A stretch of 64,000 bases of DNA from Candidatus Bathyarchaeota archaeon. GTDB taxonomy: Archaea; Thermoproteota; Bathyarchaeia; Bathyarchaeales; Bathyarchaeaceae. Position numbers and translations under genes: made by a program. The notes under the pieces were generated by a model. It had not been told where the DNA came from. It worked only from the letters and a program-made list of their open reading frames with translations, and did no database searches. The stretch lies in NCBI GenBank assembly GCA_963697165.1, contig CAVOMX010000018.1:32001-96000 (forward strand). Reading direction: 5' to 3'. Below, in pieces: positions 9,086-18,934 of the stretch (the stretch's first letter is position 1; every line of letters begins with the position of its first letter).

Positions 9086-11017
9086 TTAGATTGTAAGTAG
9101 CCTGAAAGCTATTCCTCCCAGAAGTAGGGCAAGCAAGATTTCGAAAACAGTGATTAACCCTGCTTTCTTCCAGCCGAACTCTTTGACCATTGCACCTATA
9201 GTTGCTATGCACGGTATGTATAGCATTACCACTAGGGTGAAGACAATCATCTGAGCTGGAGTCATGACCTGAGCAAAATTTGTTGTTCCTAATAGAGTCC
9301 CGAGCATTATCAACGTCAATTCTTTTCGTAGCACACCAAATATTAGAGCTATTCCGGTAACTGCTGGCAATCCCAGCCAAGTAACAGTTACTGGGCTGAA
9401 TATGCTTGCGATTGGCTCTAACAAGTTGGCAATTTCTACGATTTTAATTACTGAGCTGCCTACAATTATTAGGGGAAACGCCATCACTATGAATTCTCGC
9501 AGCCTAAACCAAGTTTGCTTCAAAACCGTTTTCATGTGAGGTATTCTGTAGTCACTCATCTCCATAATCAATTCAGTTGGTTCACCGGGCAGGGCTTTGA
9601 ATGCTATTCTTCCAAGAACGAAGATAATGATCAGGTTGATGATGTAGAGCGCCAGTGCCCATTGGATGCCTACGAACTTTCCGACGAGTCCAAGTATGAT
9701 GACTGATGTTGCAGCGCATGGCACGAGTGTGACAACAAAGGCGGTTAGGAGTCTCTCACGTGTGGTCTCCATTATTCTGCATCCTAGACACCCTGGAACG
9801 TTACAACCGAAGCTAAGCATGACTGGAATGAAGGCTTTTCCATGTAAACCCATTTTGTGCATTAGATTGTCCATCAGAAAGGCGATTCGGCTTAGGTATC
9901 CTGAATCTTCGAATAGGTACAAGATGAAGTAGAACGGAAGAATGTAAGGTAAAGCAACTGTGATGCCTCCAATAATTCCGTCTATGGCCCCTCCCCAGAC
10001 AAGTTCTCCAACGATTCCTGTTCCGAGAAAACTGTCAAAAGTTGGCTTCAAACCAAAAAAGAACTCCCTTAAATGGGAAGATGTGAAGTCTCCGAAAGTG
10101 AATATTGCAATAAAAACTGTGAGTAATGCCGTTAACATTATTGGGTAGCCAAAAATTTTGTGGGTTGTTATTGTATGAAATTTTTCTCGTATGGGCGTCT
10201 TTAGTGGTTCGGTTATCTCCTGAATTTCTTTTGAAATTCTGCTTGCAACGTGGTATCTTTCAGAAGATACAACAGTTGGACAGGAGTGACCATGAATATC
10301 CTCAAGTTCTGCCCTAATCTTTTCAGCATCCACTACGATTTTTGGGCTCACTTCAAAGACCTCTTTCTCAACTTCCTTGTCTTCATCCAGAAGTTTTATT
10401 GCAGCCCATCTAGATGGGTACCTCAACTGAATTTTGCTAAGAAGTTCAACAAGTTCTTCAATTCTTTCTTCGAGCTCTTTTCCATATCGTGGTTTCAAAG
10501 GGTCTGTTCTTCTCTTTTTCTCGATAACTTCGATAGCTGTTTCCAACATTTGGTAGATGCCTTTTCCACTTACTGCAACTGTAGGAATAACTGGCACTCC
10601 TAGGATCCTCTCTGCTTTCTCATAATCGATTATAATCCCCTTTTTCTTTGCCATGTCTACTTGGTTTAGGGCTATGATTAGGGGTGTTTCCAGTTCAAGA
10701 AGCTGGAGAGTAAAAAACAGGTTTCTCTCAAGAAGTGAAGCGTCTACAACGTTTATCACTAAGTCAGGTTTTTCGGTTGCTATATAGTCTCTTGAGATTA
10801 ACTCCTCCAGGGAGAATGTGGATAAAGAATAGATTCCGGGTAGATCTATGACGTCTATTGTGTAGCCTTGGAAGTGGAGTGTTCCTTCGGCTTTTTCAAC
10901 TGTTTTTCCGGGCCAATTTCCAATATGCTGGTGTAGGCCTGTCAACTGATTGAATATAACCGATTTCCCTACGTTGGCATTTCCTGCCAAAGCAACTGTG
11001 AAATGATTGTTGCTCAT
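9086..11017 (-). CDS. feoB: Ferrous iron transporter FeoB
   Basis: GNANVGKS, GNWPGKTVE, DLPGIYSL, N-Q-V-D G4-type motif, FGCNVP and LVPC gate motifs, LYIPCIAT. Confidence 0.97.
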   Translation of the reverse strand: MSNNHFTVALAGNANVGKSVIFNQLTGLHQHIGNWPGKTVEKAEGTLHFQGYTIDVIDLPGIYSLSTFSLEELISRDYIATEKPDLVINVVDASLLERNLFFTLQLLELETPLIIALNQVDMAKKKGIIIDYEKAERILGVPVIPTVAVSGKGIYQMLETAIEVIEKKRRTDPLKPRYGKELEERIEELVELLSKIQLRYPSRWAAIKLLDEDKEVEKEVFEVSPKIVVDAEKIRAELEDIHGHSCPTVVSSERYHVASRISKEIQEITEPLKTPIREKFHTITTHKIFGYPIMLTALLTVFIAIFTFGDFTSSHLREFFFGLKPTFDSFLGTGIVGELVWGGAIDGIIGGITVALPYILPFYFILYLFEDSGYLSRIAFLMDNLMHKMGLHGKAFIPVMLSFGCNVPGCLGCRIMETTRERLLTAFVVTLVPCAATSVIILGLVGKFVGIQWALALYIINLIIIFVLGRIAFKALPGEPTELIMEMSDYRIPHMKTVLKQTWFRLREFIVMAFPLIIVGSSVIKIVEIANLLEPIASIFSPVTVTWLGLPAVTGIALIFGVLRKELTLIMLGTLLGTTNFAQVMTPAQMIVFTLVVMLYIPCIATIGAMVKEFGWKKAGLITVFEILLALLLGGIAFRLLTI

Positions 11018-11310
11018 CGTTTGACATCCACGAGTATTCTGCTAGCCATTCCTCTGCCTATGGCTAACCTTGAACCCCTAACACAGATTTCTAGGGGTCC
11101 ATTGAAAGGCGCTGACTTCACCACAGTTACGTTAGTGCCTGGAGTTAGACCCAAATCAGTAAGTCTTTTGACGCAGCGAGAGGTCATAAAATGCTTTTTC
11201 CAGCCTTTTCCTGCTCTATTTCCACACATCGGTTGTCCTTCTGAATTGAGCCCTGTGGAGGTTATGACTCCAGTTTCGCCGTTACTCAACTCTGTTACTG
11301 GCAGTTCCAT
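11014..11310 (-). CDS. feoA: FeoA family protein with internal insertion
   Basis: RLTDLGLTPGTNVTVVKSAPFNGPLEICVRGSRLAIGRGMA; overlaps the feoB start. Confidence 0.9.
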   Translation of the reverse strand: MELPVTELSNGETGVITSTGLNSEGQPMCGNRAGKGWKKHFMTSRCVKRLTDLGLTPGTNVTVVKSAPFNGPLEICVRGSRLAIGRGMASRILVDVKR

Positions 11311-11993
11311 TAGTTTCTCACCTCTTCACTTTTCTTAACATAGATGATCGATGCTACATCATGGTCGATAGTGCAGATTTTGTTCCTAACCCGGATTGTA
11401 ACAGAATCTCTAGGAACTATGTTTTCGATTTGCACTCTTTCTCCGGGTTTGAGCTTTAGTTTAGTGAGCTGTTGTAGTATCTCAGCTTTTTCTTCAGTTA
11501 TCTTAATAATAACTCCACTAGTTTTGGTGTCGAGTTCAGTGAGGGCTACTGTTTCTTCTTCAAGGATTCCTCCACAATTTGTTGGTATCGGGTTTCCATG
11601 AGGGCATCTTTTTGGGTGGCCTAATGCTTTTTCTAGTGGCTTGATTATTTCTGGTGAAAGGGCGTGTTCTAGTTTGCAAGCTGGGTCGTGGACCTCGCTC
11701 CAGTCTAGATGGAAAAAATCTGTTAATAATCGTTCTGCGAGGCGATGTCTCCTCAGAATGTTTGAAGCGATTTTTCGTCCATTATCCGTTAGCGTTACTC
11801 CTTTGTATGGTTCATGAATTACAAGTCCTTTTCTTTCCAAGTTCTCGATAGTGTTTGTTATTGAACCAGGAACTACTCCCAATTCTCTGGAAAGAGTCAT
11901 GGTTCTGGCGAAGCCTACTTTGCTTTCTAATCGGTAGATTGCCTCTAGGTATTCTTCGGCTTTGTTGGTGACTGCTGTTTCTTCGGGTTTCAT
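11310..11993 (-). CDS. DtxR/MntR family metal-dependent repressor with C-terminal FeoA-like domain
   Basis: EEYLEAIY, PYKGVTLT, RRHRLAE, ACKLEH, CPHGNPIP. Start placed at ATG 11993 after AGGTGA. Confidence 0.93.
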   Translation of the reverse strand: MKPEETAVTNKAEEYLEAIYRLESKVGFARTMTLSRELGVVPGSITNTIENLERKGLVIHEPYKGVTLTDNGRKIASNILRRHRLAERLLTDFFHLDWSEVHDPACKLEHALSPEIIKPLEKALGHPKRCPHGNPIPTNCGGILEEETVALTELDTKTSGVIIKITEEKAEILQQLTKLKLKPGERVQIENIVPRDSVTIRVRNKICTIDHDVASIIYVKKSEEVRN

Positions 11994-12010
11994 GAGTTTC
12001 ACCTGCCTAC

Positions 12011-12055
12011 AATTACGACTTCTCGTAATTTTATTATCAATATCATCATTGATAA
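12011..12055. promoter_or_regulatory. Two adjacent palindromes upstream of the dtxR-feoAB operon (metal-repressor operator candidates)
   Basis: AATTACGA-cttc-TCGTAATT (12011-12030) and TTATCAAT-atcatc-ATTGATAA (12034-12055). Confidence 0.55.
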
Positions 12056-12308
12056 ACCTTACCTTATACAATTCACTAAAATACCAAAACTATCTGCACA
12101 CAAACCTGTTAAGGCACAATGAGGACCTGCCGAGAAATGGTAACTGCAAAGTATACTACTAGTTAAAACAGTAAATTATATCTCTGAAAACCGTTTTTGC
12201 ACGCGCACGCTGATTGTTTGGAAAGCTTTTCTTCACATCCCAAGCCTTAACTAAAAGAAGCCCTGTTCTGGTCTCAAACAGAATAACTAATACGCCTGCG
12301 CGCGCATC

Positions 12309-12341
12309 CTTGAAGAAACCGAAAACCCATTAACATATTAA
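12309..12341 (+). repeat. 33-bp direct repeat, right copy
   Basis: Identical to 8924-8956. Confidence 0.93.
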
Positions 12342-12532
12342 CAAGGATTTGGGCACGCATTCTGCATATTTACTTTTATTTACTTACGACCTTCCCCACC
12401 CCCTATAGGGTAAAATGGAAAAGCCTGAGCCGTTCATGTTTTATTTGAACTAAATTTAACATCAACGAGTAAGTTGTAACTTAAGGATAGACTAATAACA
12501 GCTGATTTTTGAAAATAGCCTTTTTTTCAGAA

Positions 12533-13243
12533 TCACGACCGCTTAGCGTCTAGCATTTTTCTTCTGCTGTCCTCGCCAGGCTTCACGGTATCCTCAACCA
12601 GCTTATATTGTCTCTCGTAAATGTGGCAGTTCTTAGAATGGAAAATGAGTTTGCCTGTTCTGATTTCAAGGTTTCCTCTGCTGTTAATCTCTGAAACTAA
12701 TGCCTCGTTGAATAGTTGAATTCCAGCTATGTTGGCAGGCAATCCCGCATAAGCATCCCAAGACCTGAAATAGCATGTTAGGTTCAGTTGGTAATCAAGT
12801 ATTTCGGTGTCGATCAGACTCAGGCAGGGAGGCTCATGTTTCTTGTATTCTCCTAAACTTTTCTTTATGTCCTCTGGCAGCCGAATAACAAATGTGACTT
12901 GCCTGTCTCTCCGCTCTTTTACATAGCGGTTAATGGCTTCTTCCACCTGATCAACTGGTTCTCTCATACGGCTTCCGTAAGTGTATGTTTCTTCTTCGAT
13001 TTCTCCAGACCACAAATACTTCAGGGCATACCACTGAACATACTTCATGGTGCAGGGAGCCATAAAATCAACCAGAGGACGATTGGCAGGATTAGTGATC
13101 TCTATACTCACGTTCAGCTTCTTCGTCTCAGAAGCTTCAGAGCCATACCCAACCTCAAAAATGTCCCCATTGTACCAAATTTCATTCAAAACCTTATACC
13201 ATGCATCTGGACAATCAAAAGCCTTAATCACAGTATATCTCAA
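12533..13243 (-). CDS. thyA: Thymidylate synthase (archaeal ThyA type)
   Basis: YTYGSR, DQV, HEPPCL (catalytic Cys), YFRSWDAYAGLPAN, HIYE. Confidence 0.88.
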   Translation of the reverse strand: MRYTVIKAFDCPDAWYKVLNEIWYNGDIFEVGYGSEASETKKLNVSIEITNPANRPLVDFMAPCTMKYVQWYALKYLWSGEIEEETYTYGSRMREPVDQVEEAINRYVKERRDRQVTFVIRLPEDIKKSLGEYKKHEPPCLSLIDTEILDYQLNLTCYFRSWDAYAGLPANIAGIQLFNEALVSEINSRGNLEIRTGKLIFHSKNCHIYERQYKLVEDTVKPGEDSRRKMLDAKRS

Positions 13244-13287
13244 CAGGAAATCCTCCCGCCTGTCCCGCTAACTATCAAACAACCACC

Positions 13288-13764
13288 CTATAATTGTTGA
13301 TCGATTGATTTGCCTATCCTGCGTTGCCTGTAATTCTCATAGTCTGGTATTATCCTGTCATATTCTTTATCCATTAGAGTTGACGAAACCATGAAATCTG
13401 CAGTGGATCTGTTGCATGCAACGGGAATGTTCCACACAACAGCCATACGCAAAAGAGCCTTCACGTCGGGATCATGAGGAAGAGACTCAAGAGGGTCCCA
13501 GAAAAATATCAGAAAATCTATTTCACTGTTTGCGATCTTGGCTCCAATCTGCATATCCCCACCCAAAGGTCCACTCTTGAGCTTGATTACTTCCAAGCCT
13601 GCTTTTTCAATAATATTTCCTGTTGTTCCAGTCGCATAAAGCTCATGTAAACTCAAAAGATACTTGTTGAACTTCACCCACTCAAACAAATCTTCCTTTT
13701 TGTGGTCATGAGCAACCAAAGCAATCTTCTTTCTTTTTTCCATCAAAACCTTTTCATCATTCAT
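13288..13764 (-). CDS. mgsA: Methylglyoxal synthase
   Basis: [54 protein letters not shown]. Confidence 0.95.
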   Translation of the reverse strand: MNDEKVLMEKRKKIALVAHDHKKEDLFEWVKFNKYLLSLHELYATGTTGNIIEKAGLEVIKLKSGPLGGDMQIGAKIANSEIDFLIFFWDPLESLPHDPDVKALLRMAVVWNIPVACNRSTADFMVSSTLMDKEYDRIIPDYENYRQRRIGKSIDQQL

Positions 13765-13911
13765 TCTTCTTCACCCTTCCCAACAACCCATTGTTACTGA
13801 ACATAAAAAGAAAAGATTTACTCGCCGCTACTTAGTAAGAATTAATTTTTGGAGATTCTTTTCAACAAAGCTATTGATGGGTATCCGCCCACTACCCACA
13901 CAGTGACCTTG

Positions 13912-16019
13912 CTATTTTTTAATATTGTTACTTTCCGAGAGATACGCCTTCGGCTGGTAAATGCACCATGGATCATCTGCCAAGTAATCGCCCTGCATTT
14001 CTGTTGGTTCATGCAGAGCACCACAAAAGTCCATATGTTCTGTAGTTACACCATATGCCCTAGCGCGACATCCTCCACATATATCACGATGTTCGCATAA
14101 CTTACATTTTCCTTTCAACTGGTCAAAGTCACGCAGAGCATTGAAAACCTTTGAGTTGAACCAAATGTCCTTAAATGACCTTTCACGGATGTTTCCAAGA
14201 CTGACTGGCATGTATGGGCAGGGAGTAACTTCGCCCTGAGGGGTAAATTCGACAGTAATATAGTCCAGCCATGCAGCCTCGAACCCAACGCGACATGTCA
14301 ATGCCCTGATCATTAGCAACACGCATAAACTGAGGGGCACATGAAGGCTTCACATTCAGTTTATACTTTGTAGTTTTGGCTAACGTGTTCGTAATCATTT
14401 CCTCGTACATTTTCGGTGTTATGTCTTCGATGTCTGTTCCTCTTCCTGTGGGCACCAAAAAGAACAAGTGAAAGTTCTCAACGCCCAAGTCTTCAGCCAG
14501 TGCCATTATATCATCTACTTCGTCATAGTTCTGTTGTGTCACTGTGCAGTTAACTTGAACCTGTATGTCGGCCTTTTTGAGTGCTTTGATGGCATTCACG
14601 GCGACGTTCCCAGCAGCCTTTAACGCCGCGGAACTCGTCATGCCGCTCGGGTATGCTCGAGTCTAAGCTGATTGCAACAGTCCACATTCCCGCGTCTTTG
14701 AGTTTTCTTGCAACTTCGTCGTCGATGAGCATGCCGTTGCTTCCCATTCCCATCCTTAAACCGCGGTCTGCACCATACCTGATAATCTCGTAGATGTCTT
14801 CTCTTAGCAGAGGCTCGCCGCCGCTCAGTATTAGTAATGGTCTGCTGACTTCGGTAATCTGGTGTATAAGCATCTTCGCTGCGTCGGTGCTCAGCTCGTC
14901 CACTAGGCTTTGTCTCTTTAGCGTTGATGTAGCAGTGTGAGCACTTCAGATTACACTTTAATGTCACGTTCCAAGAAACAACCAATGGAACATACTTTTC
15001 TGTAGTTGCCGCAGTTGAAGTTGGGCGCAATCCTGATCTGGAACTCGCATTTTCCGTCAGATGCCATTCTCAGCGGTTGAGAAACGCCTATTGGAAATGG
15101 AATAAACTTTTCAAACATGGATTGAGCATGTGCCCTGCAGAAGTTCTTGCAGAAAAGCTGGGATGTTTCACTTTTTTTGTCCAATTCTGTTTCCATGTAT
15201 TTGTGGCTTCCATGGATTGGACAATTCAAGAATCGCATGAATCCTCCCAGATTCTGCATATCCATCTTGTATTCGATGAAGTGGTCACTAAGCATCAGTT
15301 TCTGCAGTTTTTCTTTTGATATTCCAACCTTTAGAGATACGTCAAAGGCGGAGTCAACTGTTTTATCGCCGAAACCTCTTTTGCACGCGACCCATAGTTT
15401 CCGCAATCCGTTCTACACCCAAGTCTTCGGCTAATTGTTCCACAATCAAGAAGCCCTTTATTGTCTCATATTCTTGACGCAAACGCATCTCAACAACATG
15501 CTCAGACCATTCACAAAACAGGATTTGGAGGCAATCTTTGGCTCTGGAGTCTTTTCTGTCAAGCAACTCTTCAACCTTTTTTGTCTCTTCACTTAGCTTC
15601 CTGAATATGTTAATCTTTTCTTCGACACCAAGCACTGGATTCTTAACAGACATCACAACTTTGTCGTCTAACTCTATGATGCCTTCCAACAGCTCCTTAG
15701 TGTCAGAAACAAAATCGCCATAAAATCTCCACTGCGCTATTTCTACAGCGGGGGATTCAACCTCCAGTTCTTCAAGAATAATTCTGGATTCTGCAGACAT
15801 TTTGCTTATCATAGCCATGTGATACAGCAACGATCCTTCCATTCCGGGGTCACTGTTTCTACCAGTGGAGCCATGGAAAACCTCGTCAACCAGCCTTTTT
15901 GCTGTTTCAAAGTCTCCAGAAGCTATGGCTTCTGAGGCGTTGTCTAGTTTTCTTTTTCTCTCCTTTAGCAGAAGAGCCCACTTGTGGCAATGTGCTTCAT
16001 CAAATTTTGTTAAGGCTAT
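13912..16019 (-). CDS. Radical SAM/SPASM protein (AhbC/AhbD/NirJ-like) fused to a ~330-aa N-terminal extension (several frameshifts)
   Basis: ORF fragments 15363-15842, 14951-15406, 14638-15030, 14550-14903, 14183-14641 and 13912-14340 overlap and join: [60 protein letters not shown]. The first frame stays open upstream to about 16019; start codon uncertain. Confidence 0.75.
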
Positions 16020-16179
16020 CCCTCTCCATTCGCAATTTAATGCCGTTAAAGCAATAGACGGTTAATAAGTTATCTGGATTTTCAGAAAAAATCAAAAGAA
16101 CATGTCAATTCAAAATTAATATTGAAAACAGTTTTATCTATAAACAAAATAATGACCAATAAACGGGGGTTGTTCAAAG

Positions 16180-16963
16180 TTGAGTGAAGACGAATCGAAA
16201 TTAGCAGTTAATCTAAATGATGTTTCCAAAAGCTTTGGAACTGTTCAAGCTGTCAAAAACTTAGACCTGCAAATTGATGCTGGAACTGTTTTTGGTTTTC
16301 TTGGTCCAAACGGTTCAGGCAAATCAACAACCATGAAAATGATTATGGGTCTACTGAAGGCAGATTCTGGAAACTTGAACGTTTACGGAATAGACGTTAC
16401 AAATAATCCATGGGAAGTCAAAAAGATTGTGGGCTATGTTCCCGAAAGCCCCCGACTATACGACTTTCTTACCGGACTCGAATACTTAGACTTCATAGCC
16501 GACGTTTACGGCTTAGACGCAGCAACCAAAAAGACTCGAATAAACGAGTATCTTAGTCGCATTTGATTTGGAAAACCGCGAAAACGAAATGATCAGCGGA
16601 TACTCTCATGGTATGCAACAAAAAATTGCAATCATCGCTGCTCTGCTGCACAAGCCAAAACTGTTAATCCTGGATGAACCCTTAAGTGGCTTGGATCCAA
16701 AATCTGCCAGAATTGTAAAAGACCTAATTCACAAATTGGCAACTGAAGGCGTAACAACCATTCTAAGTACTCATGTTCTAGAAATTGCTGATGCAGTCTG
16801 TGACAAGATAGCAATTCTGTATCAGGGAAGTAAACTTGCGGAAGGCAAGCCTGCACAATTACGTAAAGAATCTAAGATGCCTGACTCAACACTTGAAGAA
16901 ATCTTTCTGAAATTAACTGGCACAAACGACATCAAAGATATTGTTCAAGCCCTCGGAAAATGA
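16180..16963 (+). CDS. ABC transporter ATP-binding protein (frameshift near 16560)
   Basis: GPNGSGKST; YSHGMQQK; LILDEP; STH. Confidence 0.92.
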
Positions 16964-16974
16964 GATGAACATCC

Positions 16975-18610
16975 TTGAACTTTAAGCTCATATTGCACTT
17001 TGCTAAAATCTTGGCGCTCTCTTCTGTTAGAGCAAAAAGAATGAAAGGCTCTGTTCCCACAGGATTTGCGAAATCTCCAAAAGTAAACCTTATTGTGGGA
17101 CTTAGCCGCTTTTCTGGTTGCAGCGTTTTTAGCAATCAACTTTGCTGGAGCTGTCGTTCTTGAAGACCTAAATGCAAGCATGTTCATGTTGCAGATTTCC
17201 ATTTTTCTTCCATCTTTGATGACTTTGGCGGCAATAATGTATGGGATGCTCTTTGAGTTCAGCCAATCATCGTCTGTTGGTTCATCGGATGTAATCAATT
17301 GGCTTCCCATACATGCTGTAGAGTTTGTTTTAGCCTCGGTGATTTCAATGTTTTACTTTTTAGCTCCATTACTTGGGATCGTTTTTGGTGCAACTTTTGG
17401 TTTATCGTTGTCCACAAGCATGTTGGATGTGGGCTTGTTCAGTTTAGGTGTCAGCACTTTGGGGCTGTTTTTAGGTGCATTCATTTTAGAAATTATACGG
17501 GCAATAACAAATCGTGTATCTTCAACAGTCTACAAACGTAGTGGCAGAACAGCTGTAGTCGTAAGAATGGTCGTGTTCATAATCATGTTTGTTGTTTTCA
17601 TGCTCATATCCAACGTTAATTTTCTCTTTTCCATTCTTGACCAGTTCATGGGTGGAATACAATCATGCGTGGTTCATACCCATACTTTGGCCTTCTCTAA
17701 CAATAATGAGTTATCTAGCAACAGAAACCCTACAATGTGCTAATTTATGCATTACTCAGCATATTATTCACTGGATTGCTTCTTTGGACAAGCGTAAAAC
17801 TTAGAGAAAAATACTGGGTTCCAGCACCATTCGCCATCAAACTTTCATCCTCAAAACCATACACTCCAAAACAAGGTTTCCTTGGAAGCTTTAGGCTTTA
17901 CTGCCGCTGAATCTGCTTTGATTAAAAAAGACTTCCGTGGTTTAACTAGACGTAAAGAGATGCTGGTTTGGATTGCCGTCCCATTGGGTATAAGTGTTAT
18001 ATCCCTTTTTTCAACTCGAATCGTCGTTGGCGTCTGCATCAACTACTTTCGACCGATTAGCGGTTTTCTGGGGTCCATTAATGGGTGTATTCATGTTTGC
18101 ATTTTATCTGTCATTAACTGGCATCGGCCAAGAAGGAAGCGCTTTCCTAAATTTGATGCATTATCCCCTTAAACAGAAAAAGAGCTTATCAAAGCAAAAC
18201 TTACACCAGCACTATTCTTTCAGTTTGTCGCTATGGTTGTTGTCACAATACTAATGCAATTAATTGTGCAACCTCAATTGGAAACTTTAATTGCAATAAC
18301 TGTGACATTATTTGCTGTGCTTTTTGAATGCTCTTTTGTTGGCTTGGCTGTGGGTAGCCGCTTTCCAGACTTCACTGAAATTCCACGAGCCCGTTTCATT
18401 GACCAAAAAGGCGTATGGTTAGGAATGCTTATTATCGCTGGTTGCGTGGGAGTTACATTCCTGCCTCTTTTATTATACACTTTTCCTGTATTAGGAACGT
18501 TTCCAATTCTTGTAGCTCCAATTCTGTCAGCAATCACAAGCATTCCAGTATGTTACATAAGTTATCGGGCAACCTTAGACAGTTTACAGAAACTCATGTA
18601 TCAATCTTGA
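16975..18610 (+). CDS. ABC exporter membrane protein (multiple frameshifts)
   Basis: Consecutive hydrophobic ORF fragments after the ABC ATPase; ALIKKDFRGLTRR motif typical of putative ABC exporter permeases. Confidence 0.7.
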
Positions 18611-18934
18611 ATATTTTTACCTCAACCTGCTGCAGACTAACTTCAAAAACGCGAACAATAATGGCCTTTAACGCCGTGAATAAGAGGACATTTTCTGTGT
18701 TCTTCTTAGAATCTCTCTGGCTTATTTTTTCCTTGATTTTACGAAGCTTCGTAACTGTTTATTTTTTAACTGATTCATATACGATATTTAATTAATAAAA
18801 ATAGCTCAATAATCCATTTTTGTTTCAAACATTTCTTTTTCGAGTTTAGAAATCCTTTTTCCGAGCGTTTTCGAAAAGTAAATAAGCTTCAAAATGAGTG
18901 AATATTTTCGAACTGAAACTTGAGGTAGCTTAAA

